Shown here: piece by piece, positions 38,755-52,745 of the stretch
Numbering within the stretch: the first letter of the stretch is position 1
Layout of the letters: every line of letters starts with the position of its first letter
Assembly (NCBI GenBank): GCA_013265495.1
Contig: MU058103.1
Coordinates: 498,001-562,000 of the forward strand
Source of the DNA: Vicugna vicugna
Taxonomy: Eukaryota
Direction: 5' to 3'
Length of the DNA stretch: 64,000 bases
Translations under genes and position numbers: made by a program
Notes under the pieces: model-generated
Told to the model about the DNA's origin: nothing
The model's input: the letters and a program-made list of their open reading frames with translations, nothing else
Database searches by the model: none

Positions 38755-40399
38755 AGAAAGTCTTATTTTTTAATTGATAGTTTATCTTACTGAATTACCT
38801 GGACTCTTGTGTCTTTGAGTAACTACCTTTTTTACCATCTTTCCAATTATTTCTTAAATCTAAAATAAAGGCACAACAGTCCAGTTTGGCCATCAGAAAT
38901 TATTAGTCTTGCATAGAAATGACCGCATCATTTGTTTTCATTATTAAAATGAAATAACAAATATCATTTACATACTGGATGTTTTAGTGCATCCCATGAG
39001 TTGTTCTCTTCACTGGGAGTGAAACTGACCTGATATATAAGAAGAGAGTCTCTGGCTGTTAGAGCTTCATGTGAAGAACTGCACAGCTCTTCCTCCTTCA
39101 GATGTCCAATTGAAATGCTCAAATAATCATATCATTTAAATGTGTATATTTTTTCTTTAAAAAAAAGCTTTTACATGTATATGAACTTACTTGAAATCCC
39201 AAAATTAAACTGAAATTTTGGAAAAGGAAGGGACTGATCCCAAGTCAGTTCCAAAGCACAATACATAAACCAGAGAGCCAGGATTCTCATCAAACTAGTA
39301 AATCACAAAACCAGGATCCAAACCTTCAGCTTTTTCCAGATTCTGTTTTTTTATTTTAAATCTTATGAAAGTTATTCAGAGGAACTGATTATGAGTAATA
39401 CCTTGATTAAATAAAAACCCAAACAACTGGCTGAAGAAAAACAAAATTTAAGTGACTTAAAAATCTTAATATAAATGCTTAGCAATAAGGAGAACATTTA
39501 GTTAGGTAAACAGCTCATCTTGCTTGAAATGAAACATACTAATTAAAATAACAGGAAAATTAAAATTCTCATATATTTAGTCAGAAGATGTTTTTAAGAA
39601 AAGCATTCAATTCCATTGAGATTGTAGGGAACATGGTATATTAGTATATTCCTAAGAGAATTTTCTATTGGCAAAACTTTTAAAAAGCAGTTGGTAATAT
39701 TTCTGTGTTGACAGCATTGTCAAATATACCCTGTGCAAATAATTCAAAATAGGAAAGTCCATGTTCATGAGGATGTAATGCTAGTGACAATGCTAGATAT
39801 TTGAAATAATCACAGCATTCAAAGATGGAGAAATAGTAAATTAAATTATTATGTGTAGTCTATGAAATCATCTGCTTTCATTTAAGTGGTAATTATAGGT
39901 ACTATGAAGCAACATTGAAATGTTAACATAAAGTAAATCAGAAAAAAAGAGATATGTATGTTTATTAGGATTGCCATATTGAAAATTATATGCAAGAATA
40001 CTGTCAAAATATAAAAAGAATATTAGTATTCCTATTAAGCTAGTTGGGGTTATGATTTTCCCTATTTTTTCCAATAATTATATTATTATAAAACATTTTA
40101 AAGAAATTGTGGTACATAAAATAATAATCTACATTGCAATCAAGCTCAAACCCGAGTTTCCTCCCTTCACTTTCAATATCAGAATATCATTAAACTTGGA
40201 CATTCCTGCCTCCTACAGAGCTCGCAATTTGTCTATTGTATGTTATTCCTCCTGCCACCACCCAGGAGCCGACCACTATCATTGTTTGCTTTGGTTACCA
40301 TAGCAACCTTCTTATACTCTAGCTGTCCCTTCCTTTCTAGGATCAATTCTAGCCTCTCTCCCCTTTGTATTCTGCTTTCCTGCCATAGAGAAATTGTTT

Positions 40400-41420
40400 T
40401 ATATTCAACACTGTATCATGCTTTTCTTACCTCTGAGTTCCCATCCCACCCCTCTTTTCCTTTCACTGCTAACGCTTCAGAACTTAAACATCTATTGCTC
40501 CTTCCAAAATTCCTTTGCTGGCTCCTCTTCCTTCCACGTTTGAATTCTGGAATGTTTAAAAACTCAATCTTTGGCTCTCTTATCTTTCCTATCTTTCCTC
40601 TCTCCTTAGCTATTTTTCTCCAATTTTATATCTGTGACTTTTATCAGAATTCTAGTGATTCCCAAATTATCTCCAGCCCCAACCTCTCACATAAGCTACA
40701 GGTTTGAATATATCACTGCCTTCTTGACATCTTCACATATAATAGGCATCTTTAATTTTTCATATTCAAAAAGAACTCGTGATTTCCCACTCCACCATTA
40801 ATCAGCTGCTCCTCTCTTATTCTTCATCTCTGCAGATGCCATCATGGTTTACCCAGTTGCTCATTCCAAAAACCTAGGTAGCATCCTTGTATCTTTGCTT
40901 TCCCTAACAACCAACTTTGAATCCATCAGCAGATCATTTTTTTCTTCTAACTTCAAAGTATATCCCAATTTGATCACTTCTTGCCAGATACACTGTTATC
41001 ACTCTTTTCCAGGCTATCAACATTGTTTTCCTTGTCTGATGCAGTAGCTCCTGAAGTGTCCCCTCACTTCCACTCTCACCTACTCCTTATGTAGTTCCCA
41101 TATATTATCCAGAGGGTTATTTTAAAAAGGTAAGTTTCATCACTTCACCCACTGGCTTTGAACGTGTTAATGACTTCCCATCACACTTTTACCAAAATCT
41201 GGACATGTTGTCATGGTCTCCAAGGGTCTACATTTTTTGGACCCCATTTATCTCTCTGATCTAACCTCATGCCACCCCCTCACAACCCACCATGCTCCAA
41301 CAATAAGGCTCTTGCCCTTCCCAGGATCTTCCAAGCCCTTGTCTCCTTCAAAGCCTTTACACTTGATGCTTTTTCTGCCTAGAATTCTATTTCCCCAGAT
41401 TTTCACAAGAGACTTGTTTT
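40400..41420 (+). mobile_element. L2 fragment (~1 kb)
   Basis: 'gattcccaaattatctccagccccaacctctc', 'actgccttcttgacatcttcac', 'acccagttgctcattccaaaaacctagg' and 'aatgacttcccatcacactt' are standard L2 blocks. Confidence 0.7.
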
Positions 41421-42165
41421 TTTTCTCAAGATGGTGAGACAAGGAGAGTCTGAGGAAGTGGTATTTTAATAGAGGCTAGAATGACATGAAGGAGTGAGGC
41501 TTGTGAAAATCTGATAGTTTCTTAAAAGAATACCTCTTAAAATAGTTAATAAAAGACCTTTCCTTTATTCTTTCATTTCTTTAATCCTAAAGTTAAAGAT
41601 ATTTTAACTTTATCTTTTCATATTGACATACAATTAAACATTTTAAAACTCTTCTTGGGAAAACTAGGTATCAGTTGTTTAAAAAAAACTATATTGATAA
41701 TACACTGGGAAAAAATCTTTAGAGGCAAAATTTGTTGAAATATTTGAGTGTGGTGTTCTTATGGAAAGAGACTGTGAATTCTAGACTAGCTGCTCCATAC
41801 CATGTCTGCCAATTGTCCTTGATTATCACATATGTCATTCATTTTTTATTTGAACGTATCAGTGTCCCTTACCAAAGAGTGGCTTACTATCTATTAAAAC
41901 AGAGGATTTTGTGATTTAACTTAACTGGGAGGCTTAAAAATGCTGAATTATAAAACTGAAGTGAGAAGTTTCTACAAGTCAGAGTAATGAATCAACATTT
42001 CAGAGCGTCCCAATTTCAAATGTTTGCAACTATCTCCGAATCTAGTGACCCATTTGAATCATTGGCTGCCTACATGCTTAATTAAAAAATTTTTTAAATA
42101 AATCTTTGTTTTGAAAGGTTGTCCATTGACTGTTTATTTTCTGTGTTAGAAAAAGATTTTGTGTA

Positions 42166-42720
42166 TTTTTTTTATTGAATTGTAGTCAGTTTACAATGTT
42201 GTATCAATTTCTGGTGTACAGCATAATGCTTCAGTCATACATGAACATACATATATTCATTTTATATTCTTTTTAACCATAAGTTACTACAAGATACTGA
42301 ATATAGTTCCCTGTGCTAAGTTCCCTGTACAGTATAAACCTATTGTTTATCTATTTTGTATATATTAGTTAGTATCTGCAAATCTCAAACTCCCAATTTA
42401 TCTGTTCCCACTCCCTCCCCTTCGGTAACCATAGTTTGTTTTCTATGTCTGAGTCTGTTTCTGTTTTGTAAATAAGTTTGTCTTTTTCTTTTTAGATTCC
42501 ACATATAATCATACAGTATTTCATGATATTTTTCTTTCTCTTTCTGACTGACTTCACTTAGAATGACAATCTCCAAGTCCATCCATGTTGCTGCAAATGG
42601 CATTATTTTATTACTTTTATGTCTGAGTAGTATTCCATTGTATACATATGCCACAGCTTCTTTATCCCATCATCTGTCGATGGACATTTAGTTTTTTTCC
42701 ATGTCTTGGCTATTGTCAAT
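42166..42720 (-). mobile_element. 5'-truncated lineage-specific L1
   Basis: The ORF track shows the ORF2 C-terminus (NKIMPFAATWMDLEIVILSEVSQKEKEKYH), followed by 3' UTR and poly(T) on the plus strand. No clean TSD seen. Confidence 0.9.
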
Positions 42721-45700
42721 GTTAGCGTATGAAATGGGACGCTTTATACATAAATTGTAATAAGTAAGTCCTCTTTGCTTTTTATAAAAGAAAAGCTATA
42801 CACAGTTAAACTTCATACTTAGATATTAGGCACATTGTGAAAATTTGAAAGAAAAGTTTTAAATTTAATACGCTTCAAGTATTCATAGTTGTGTCAATGT
42901 CTACCTAACCACAGTAATGAATGTTTGTACTAAGGTGATCTTATCACAGGTCTAAATATACTATTATAACATATATTTGCACTATTGATTGCAAAGCAGA
43001 CAAATAGGTTATAAATAAGTCCTGTTTGATTATCATGGCCTTGAAAACACCTGATCATAGATCTAGCTATTTTGATGTCTTCAGAGACAGAATTGGCACC
43101 AAAAAATCAAGTTTCATGTTCTGAGTAAATTTTTAATTGAACAAATTTTACGTCTTAAGAAAACCAGGAGTTTACAAGAAGTATGAAGAAATTCCCACAG
43201 ATAGAAACACCTATCTACTGAATTGGCTTCAAGACTTGCTTAGACCAGATAACCAGTCCAGCAAGTTGTGTAAATGGTCTACAGGTGGTAAGAAAGCTGC
43301 TCTTGCGCTCCCTCTGGGTTGATCTTTGCTGATGCGGACCTCACCTGTCACTTCTCAGAATATGGTCTAGCATGGCCGTGCACTGGGTCAAGGCTCAGTG
43401 GGCAATTTCCTCTGCTCTGCTCCATGCAGGTGCCCTGTCATCTGTCACAAATAAATAGGCAGCTATTTGTTTTTTCTTCTACCTCTTTGACATCTTTTTA
43501 TACCCTACTACTGCATTTAATTCAGCACAGAAAGTGCTCAATACATGATTTTTAAATTATCAATCTACAATCATATTGTCTTCTTCTAAGAGTCTGTGAA
43601 GGTCCCTGTCGCATAGCAGCTACTCACTAAATGCTTGGATAAATTGCATTTCCTTACTTGAGTCTACTTTATCTGGAGAAAGAAAGAAACATTTAAATTC
43701 CATTTTTTAAAAGTACCTTTGAGAAAAGCTTATTAGCTGTCACCTTAGAATATAATAATGTATGTTGTATAAATGAAAAAGTAGGGCAGATAAATTTAGT
43801 TCCTTTGCACTTTAAAAAGTTCCTTTTTGCATACCAGACTGAAAATGTGTGCCTCAGCTACAATCCAATAAGAGGAAAAGTGCATATATTCTTATAAAGC
43901 CAGCACTTTAAAAAATATTTTGGACTAATATTTACTGGGGAGGATTTAGGGTGGATTTGATTCTGATGGAAATAGGATTTAGGATTATATTTCAGCTAAT
44001 GATGACTTTGCTTGCTTTTCATTTTCATTTGCTTGCTTGTCACACATGGGGATTTTTTAAATATTTAGTACAATTATGTTTATGTTAGTCTTTTGGAAGC
44101 TGGTTTGTTTGATGTTGGGAGTTTTATGGTTATAACAGTACACTGCCATTGTCTGTGAATATATGAAAAGGACTACTTTAATAAATAATAAAATTAAAGT
44201 AATAAGATTGAATGATTCTGGCTGCACATCAAATCTTTTTTACAATTAGAAAAGATTATTTTTAAAAAATTATACAATTCTAATTGTAGTAAATATACCC
44301 TTGGCTGCAAATATTTTATACCTTGAGAACTATAAATGAGATTGTGGATTATACAATGCTTAATATTATACTATATGTATAATTTGGAAGACAATCTATG
44401 ATTTTTTCCTTCATTTACTATTCACTGATTCAACAAACATTTACTGCATACCTACAACTGGAGATATACAAACTCACATTTATCAGATATCTAATACAAA
44501 CGTCTAACATAATAGGCAAAATAGATATGTGTGTGTTTGTATTTCTGATAACAGCTCATCAGATGTATTTTTTCGATCAACTTTTAGCTAATAAAAAATG
44601 TAGATTCAGTGGGTTTAAGTATTATGCCCAAGATACCAAAAAGATATTAAACTGGTAGAGCTTAAGCACACATATACATATACATGCATATACACTTGTT
44701 AGTGTAAAGGACCAGCAGAGAGCAGAGAGCTCTTTAGGTTAGAAAATCTAGCAATGGAGGATAATCGTTTTCGGATATAAAATTCTGTTAGGATTCTGGT
44801 AGCTATCGTGATAAGCTTTATGTCTATGGACAAAATTTACTACTAAGGTCATATAGTCAAACCAATATATCCAAATCTGACTGTAGGAAATGCAACCACA
44901 AAAAGGCAATCCATGTAGTAAAGATCTAAGAGAAATGCAGAGACATCAGTGCCCCAAAGCAAAGGTCCCTCTGGTTTAGAGACAGGCAAAATTTCACCTG
45001 TTGTCCCAGAATAGAATATCCGACCCCAGGGGTGTTTGAGGACAAAGAACATTTAGAATTCTCGGAGGTTAGTTTTTACCCCACTTTCTCATAAAGAACA
45101 TCAAATTAAGCACACCCAACCTCCAGAATCTTAAAACAAAAGAAATAGCAGATTACAAGGAAGAAGAGAAGGGAGTGAGAGAGGGAGAGAAGGAGGTGGA
45201 GAGGAAACAGTGTGCTACACTCCTCTCACCCTGCTTCTCAGATAATTTTCAGATGCTTTGTTCGTCCCTAATAGTAGTAGTAGTAGTAGGTACAAAACAA
45301 TTAATTCTTCTCTGACCCATTTTTGATAACTAACCTGTCACTGGAGGGGAAGGAAGTCTCAACATCAAAGAGCAAGTTCAAGTCTCTATGGGTTCTTTAT
45401 TATTTTATTTCCCCAAATGGTTATTTAGCTCCTATTTTGTGCCAGACAATCTGTTAAACCCGGGAGATACAGAAGTAAGCACATGGGCGAGCACTGACAA
45501 AGGAAAACGGGACTCCGTTTCATGTTATTTATACAGCTCTTGGGATACAGTTTTCACTGCCATTTTTATTTTACTGAAAAGTAGCCTGAAATTACAAGGT
45601 AGATTGCTTTAAGAAGCAGTTATTATTTTCAGTAATGTGAATCTAAGTTTTCTAAATTCATTTATTGCAAAAAAAAATACAAAAATAAATTGGATTCTGA

Positions 45701-47805
45701 GTCTAATGTTTGGTATGTTATTCGTAACTCCTATTTCAAATTTTGTCTAATTCAAAATATTCCCTCTTTTCCATTTACTATTTTTTAAGAAGTAACTGTT
45801 ACAAATTTGACCTGATATTAACAATGATGAGACTTCAATCTTTTTTATTTTGCATCTCTTTATGTGATTTTTCTCTAAGACCAAAAGTTCCATGAAGTGA
45901 GGGAGAGAGGTCTTGTAAAATAAAAAACACTGGCCTTTGTTTCCAATATTACCTACTTCAGCAACTTCTTAATATGTGTCTGTAACTAAACCAATTCAAA
46001 AAATCACCCTCAATCTCCATATCTGTAAACGAGCAAAGAATGATACCTACCTCACATGATGAAATGTTATAAAAATTTGTCATCATTTAAGTTCCTTTAT
46101 ATTAAGAACCAGTTCTGACTAAAAGTCCAGATCCTAAGCCGTTTGTTGATGAAATAACATTTAAAATGATTAAGCACTTCAGGAATTTTGTACTCTAGGA
46201 GAAATCTTAAAATTCAAACGGGTTAAGTATGCCCCACATATGGATAATCATAAAGGAATGAGATCTATTATGGAAAGTAATGTTAGAATGGAAAACCTGT
46301 AAACTTAGAGTAGAGATCTGAGTTCTAGTTCAGAATCTGGAAGCCTGTGTGTTCCACTTTTTCTCTTCTGAAAAAGATCGCCCTCATGTATAAACAAGAA
46401 AATTGGATTAATTCTCTAAGGATGGACTTTCAGATCTGAAGGTCTGTCACGTGCTCTCATGTGTTGATTTGTTTCCTTCAGTCGTTCTTCATCATGTACA
46501 AACTTGAATATATTCCTAACTCTAATATATTTTTCTTTATTTTAAAAATGTTTTTTAGTTAGGTCTTTTAATGGAAAGTTGTAATGCAGCTCATATGCCT
46601 TGACAATAAAGAACAGCTGTAGAAAAGCTGAGTTTTTGTTAGTTTCTGTTTGTTTTTGTTTTTAGGAAACATGCAGAAAATCATGCATGGATGATTGGCT
46701 TAGATTTCTTGGGTTATATCAACTAATTTAGATAGAAATCTTAGGAGAGCAGTTGGCATAGCATAAGCAATCAGTGTTAACTATCATTACTGGTAGTAGT
46801 ATTGGATTGAGTACTAATTTATAATTTTTGACAAAACTTATACTAACATTTATTATGTTTTTAATTATGTAATTAAGGCATTTTACTTGCAGAAAATTTG
46901 AAAAAAATAGAAATAGACATAACATCAAGAGTAAAATAAGCATTATCTATATTCCTACTCCTCAGAGACGGCGTCTGTTAGCTCTATACCATTCTGTATT
47001 TTCCTATGTACATATACTCATACTCACATAGAGACATTTATATAAACTATTTTGAAACCTAATTTTTTTCTTTAAAATATGATAAATAGGGCTTGTCATT
47101 AAATATTATTTACTAGGCCATGTTTGGCCATATATTATTTTTTAAGATGTATCATAATTTATTTTACTAGAATTTTATTTTTAGAGTATTACATTGCTCC
47201 TGATTTTTCAATTTGGTTAATAATGCTGTAGTGAACATCCTTTTGTGTGAGTATGTGTCTGTGTGTGTACATATACATCAACATACATATGTATGTAGTT
47301 ATTTCCTACAAGTAAAAACTTAAGAACAGAATTACAGAATCAAAGGGTCGACTTCTTACTGAAGGAAGTCTTTTTGTAACAAAATCACTTAAATGATCAC
47401 TCATTACAACCAAAATGACAAAATTTTCTAAGTCATCATCAGTTTTCTTTCCAACCTACATGAGGGAATCTAGTTGTACACATCCCAGCTCTACATGCAA
47501 TGTGTATTCCAAAAGAAAGATCAGATATTTAGGGGCATGCAGAACAACATACAGGTTAAATGAGCAATTATAGAAGTTGGGTTTTTGAAGTTAGAAGCAT
47601 GAAGCCCAGGTATATAATGATAGAATCAATTCAGAGGAAGCCTGAATTTAAATAAAAAGGAGAACTGATTAAAATCTGGAGTTAAGGCACTATCCATTAT
47701 TTTCAGAGACTATTTACTAGGCCCCTACGAAGAAAAATCATAATCAAAAAATCACATTTTGTACAACACTTGGAATTAGACGTAATTCTCAATTTAATTA
47801 CCGTA

Positions 47806-48168
47806 TCTGGTGAACTGAATTGTGCCCCCTCCAAATTCATACGTTGAAGCCATAACCTCCAATCTGACTGTATTTGGGGACAGAGGAGGTAATTAATGTT
47901 AAACGAGGTCACACGTGTGGGGCCCTGTTCTGGTAAGGCTGATGCCCTTATCAGAAGAGACACCAGAGATACCTTTCTCTCTCCATGCATGCACAGAGGA
48001 AAGTTCATGTGAAGACCTAGAAAGAAGGCAGCCATCTGAAAGCCAAGAAGAGAGCTTGCACCTGAAATCAAATCTGTAGGCACCTTGATCTAGGACTTCT
48101 AGCGTCCAGAACTAAGAGAAAATACATTTCTGTTCTGTGCTATGTTATTATGGTAGCCTGCTAATACA
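47806..48168 (+). mobile_element. MLT1A/B-like MaLR solo LTR
   Basis: 'gaactgaattgtgccccctccaaattcatacgttgaagcc', 'gcaccttgatctaggacttctagcgtccagaact', ends ctaataca. TSD ccgta/ccgtg. Confidence 0.85.
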
Positions 48169-48399
48169 CCGTGTAAATGCTGTCTCTGAGCTCATCTATA
48201 ATACAACCAACAGCTCCCATAAAAAAAAACCCTCTCCATATTACCTAAATTAAAACAGTAAATGGAATATGAGGTTCATAAATAATTGCAATCAGACTCG
48301 AATGACCATGTGCTACTGTACGTGTTCACAGGAAGAGACGGCTTCCTGTTGTTGAGTAGCCCTGCATTGATAAAGACATCCGGGTAGGGGGTTTTATCA

Positions 48400-48866
48400 T
48401 CTGGACTCTGTGTGGACGTTGTGTGTTCAGGCACCACCCAGATTCCTCTTCCATGAAGGACATGTTTCCTCTACTACTGCTGTGCTGTCAGGCAACAGCC
48501 TTATTAAAATGTTCAGTGGTCAGCTTCTTCGGAGAGATGACCTTGGCTTCAGAGAGCTGCCACACCCAAGGTCAAGTCTTTTCCTGGCATGACCCACATA
48601 GAATGACTAATTAATCTGGGAGTATAAAGACCTGGTCACCTTGGCCCACCTTAGGACAATTTAGAGGGGCTCTTCTAGTTCCAGAATTCTCTGTGTGGTA
48701 GCAAAGGCTCTAGTTGGCTGTACTGCAGCTTGACCTTTCCCTGCGCCAAATCCCACTTCCCACCCATCCCTTCCACAGGTGTTGCTCCCAAGGGCACATC
48801 TAAAAAACTCCTTGAATGCTAAATTCCATTTCAGAGTTTGCTTCCTTGGGAAGACAACCTGTAGTA
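48400..48866 (+). mobile_element. LTR16-like (ERVL) solo LTR
   Basis: 'gggagtataaagacctggtcaccttggccc...ggacaatt', 'cccttccacaggtgttgctcccaagggcac' and end 'atttcagagtttgcttccttgggaagacaacctg'. 5' boundary approximate. Confidence 0.7.
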
Positions 48867-49910
48867 GAAAGGAAAGGTTACAGTAATATTTGCAGGTGCT
48901 GTAATTGCATCATTGCCTGATTGCTTTTGCTCAAAACAGCCCCCAGTGGGAACCCATGTCCTTTATGCCAAGCCATTTGGCTTAGAAAATAACAGCCCTT
49001 GCAGTTGTAACATAGGGCCATATTAGGCTAATTTTTCTCATTCTAATTGTGTAAAGTATATAAGAATTGAATAATGAATACCTTCTTTCTTAAAACAACT
49101 GTTTTGTCATTAGCTTTAGGTTAGCTCATGCTATTGAAAATGTAGACTGTGACCAAAACTAGATATACAGATAATCAACGTATACTTAGAGATCTAATAA
49201 TGTAAAATGCAAACTGCTGTTGAGACTTTTTTTCAAATAGGTGTAATATTCACAAAGTCTACAATCCCATTCACTTCTATTTTCTGTTAGAATTCTTGAG
49301 ATCAAATTTCTTCATTTTTCACAGATCTCTTTTCTTTCCCCTCCCATGATCAGGCCCTCCACTCTACCCTCTAAGCCAAAAGCACAAGTTCTTACCATCT
49401 TGGCTGTGTCTTCAAATTCATTTTCTGACTCTTCCTTGCTTTGGGAAATTGAGAAGGTCACTTAATTTCTCTGAGCCTTAGTTTTCTTTCCTGTAAAGCT
49501 GGGGGAAGATACTTAACTATCACTGGTGTGATATACATTAGAGGAGATCATGTACGAAAAATGCAGATCGTGGTACCTAGCACATACCAGGTATTTAGCA
49601 AATTACTTTTTCTCTATTTCTTCCTGTGAGAAGGACTTAGAAAGGCTGTCAGATAGAAAAGACCCTAGGAACCCACTGCAAGTAAACGGGAGATGCATCG
49701 AGGTAGGCAGCGGTCGTTCTCTATTTTGTAATTAGACTCCTATTTATGGGACACTTACCAAGTGCTAGGTATATAATTGTAGACAAGACAAAGTCTCTTG
49801 ATTCAAGGAGCTTACAAAATAGTGAGGGAGTTATAGACAAGAAAATAGCAATGTGGGAGACAGTGGAGCGGTGACTTCATATATAGGAAGAATGAAATGG
49901 AACAGTATGA

Positions 49911-50080
49911 TATAGTTACTATGTATCGGGCACTGTTTAAACATCAGTGGTGGATATCTGGTAGGTCTATGGAAGAGATGAGGAAGGTGAGACTGATTGG
50001 ATGGAGAGCTGAGCTAGATCATAGAGGCTTTGTCAGCCATTCTGTGAAGTTTGTTGTTGTTGCTGTTGTTTTCCCCTGAA
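49911..50080. repeat. 170-bp direct repeat, copy 1 (L2-derived)
   Basis: Identical by eye to 52576-52745. Confidence 0.97.
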
Positions 50081-52575
50081 CAGTTTTCTTTATCTATTGT
50101 TCTGTTTCTTAAAAGCAATATTCAGAGGGAGAGCTAGGTTGCCACTTCTGGATTAATATGAAGGCACTGTTGACTGTAGGCATGAGGGGCTTGCTTCCAG
50201 AGAAGGTGTGTTATTCCCAGCACAAATATAAAGGCTCAGCCAAGGAGAATTGCAAAATATCTCTAATTAACCACCAAGCTCATTCCCTAAGACACCTGGC
50301 ATTTCTAAGCCTGACACGTGTCTTTGTAATGCTACTAATGATGAATAAATGATTAAAAGAAAACAGGGTTCTAAATAGTGAATTTGAAGAAATAGGGATT
50401 ATTGTAAGTTGAGGGATAAAAAGCCTATCTCCATGAACAATTACCCTAACGTAAGTGCTGTTGGGTGCGACAAGTGCAGATGTAGCCACTACTTGTCTAC
50501 TCGCCCCACCCCCATTGCAAAGGACTTTGTGTTCTCAACTGAAAGTGTTCTGGAAACCTCTTGTCTTTGAAATGGACAAAAAAAAATGCCATTTCTCTCC
50601 ATTATTCTCTTTTAGTGCCATAGAAAGCAATGCAATTATACAGCATGGTATACAGTATCATTTCTATGAGGAAGAGATTAGCCCTGGTTTATGACAGAAT
50701 AACATTCTTTGGGATTCAATATAGCATGGAGGTAATAAAAAGGTCTTTTTTTGGTTTATTACCAGGAATAAAAGAAAAAAAGATATCAAATCAAAAAAAA
50801 GGGGGGGGGGAGTGGGGGTGGAAGGTATTTTGTCAGAAGATTGAAAGCAATACACATAGTACAAGAGGAAATGAAATTGAATTAATGAAAGAAAGGAGGA
50901 AAGAAAGGGTAAGTATTGAATATGTGCTTAGTACTTTGTGTTTCTTCTCCAATTTACTCATTACAATATTTTATAGAGAAGGGACCTGAAGCCCAGAGAG
51001 TCTATTGCCTGCCCACACTGACCTGGCTTAGTAAAGTTTGGGGTTTGAGTCAAATTCTGACAGACTCCAAAGACCCTGCTGATTCTTATCGTGTATCTTA
51101 GATTTCTGAACAATCTCTACTTGTTTATTAAGGAGGTTGATGACAGTCCTTCTAGTGATTGTCCTGGAGCAAATCCATCATATGCTGCAACTTGAGACTC
51201 TGTGGCTTCACTGTTGACTCTGCACCATGGGGTGAGAAGCGTGATGGTTAAAGAAGGGAAAGAGTTTGAAAATCTCAAATGACACTTTCATTCAAATTGA
51301 AGCTTGATCTTTCCTAGACACAATCTTCCTGTTTTCCCAGATTTCAATGTAAGAAGACTTTTATATATTGTTCTGGTAGGTCCCAAAGTCTGGAATACAG
51401 TTTTTCCCTCTGTTTCCTAAACATGACACTGTCCTTCCTGTTCCTAGACTTTTGCTTGTGCTGTTTCTTATGCCTGAAATGTTTCTACACACATCCGTGG
51501 ATCCCAGCTGCTCTTTAAGATCACCATTCTTCATCACATCAGAATGAAAGACAAGATCAGATCTGTTCTTTCCAGGAAATTCAAAGTACTAAACAGCCCT
51601 TTATTTTTTTAAATCATATTGAACACAGTCGTAATTTTACATGTATTCATGTAGTTTTTTAAAATGTATCCTGTTTCTCATAAACTCCACAAGAACAGAG
51701 CCTGTATATTTGTGTGATTTTTATACTTACTGTTGCAGCCCCAGGAGGCAATTTACTAAAAGCTGAAGTGAATGTATTGTAGTTTCAATAAGTCTTTTTT
51801 TCTTTTCTAGAAAACATACTACCATGGGAAAGCTATGGTCCTTCTCTTTCTCTTAGTAACTTGTTATCTTAGTATAACTTTATAACTTAGTAACCAAGTA
51901 ACTTAGTAACCTTGTTCTGTGTTGAAAAGACCCTGAGCTTCTGCATACTCCTGACTCTAACATTCAGGTTATGACTTTGTATAATTTATTTACTTCTTGA
52001 AGACTGTGATTACTCCTCTATTAAAGTGGATATAAATTTACATCTTATAACATTGTTCTGACTCTTAATGAGATACTGAGACATCGTATGCAATTAGCAA
52101 GTGTGAGTTCCCTAGCTCTATACCCATGCTTTTCTTATTACAAATAAGGTTGATGGATATGCAAGTTTTTGAGTTGTTGGTGCAGTTAGTGTCACCAGAG
52201 CATGAACTGACTTCTGGATATTCAATTTCACATAGGTTAGTCAAGATCAAATGTTTTACCCTCTTCTTGAAGTCATCGTTGAAGTTATTTGGATTTGTTG
52301 CTAGTTTAATCACTATCCATAGTCTCTTTTGTTAGTACCCCATGGTTTAGTATTTTTTTTTGATTTTTCATTTCATCCTAATTGTTTAGAATTTCATTTA
52401 GTGCATTTTCCTTCTCTTAGTCAGTCAACCAGGAACCCTGCTAGATTTTGTGGGAGTGATGACGAGAGAGATTGGCACAAACTCTACCATTCGTCTTGCA
52501 GTCTGTTGGCATAGGCAAACAATAATAGAGTCACAGGACTATATTAATAAGTAATTCTAGAAATCCTTTGTATGG

Positions 52576-52745
52576 TATAGTTACTATGTATCGGGCACTG
52601 TTTAAACATCAGTGGTGGATATCTGGTAGGTCTATGGAAGAGATGAGGAAGGTGAGACTGATTGGATGGAGAGCTGAGCTAGATCATAGAGGCTTTGTCA
52701 GCCATTCTGTGAAGTTTGTTGTTGTTGCTGTTGTTTTCCCCTGAA
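52576..52745. repeat. 170-bp direct repeat, copy 2 (L2-derived)
   Basis: Identical by eye to 49911-50080; offset 2665 bp. Confidence 0.97.

Noticed and set aside
40240..40707. 155-aa hydrophobic ORF
   Set aside because: Largely overlaps pyrimidine-rich decayed L2; the composition explains the L/S/F-rich translation.
49911..52745. LTR retroelement with 170-bp LTRs
   Set aside because: The repeats lack TG...CA ends, no PBS, PPT or flanking TSD is seen, and they are L2-derived.
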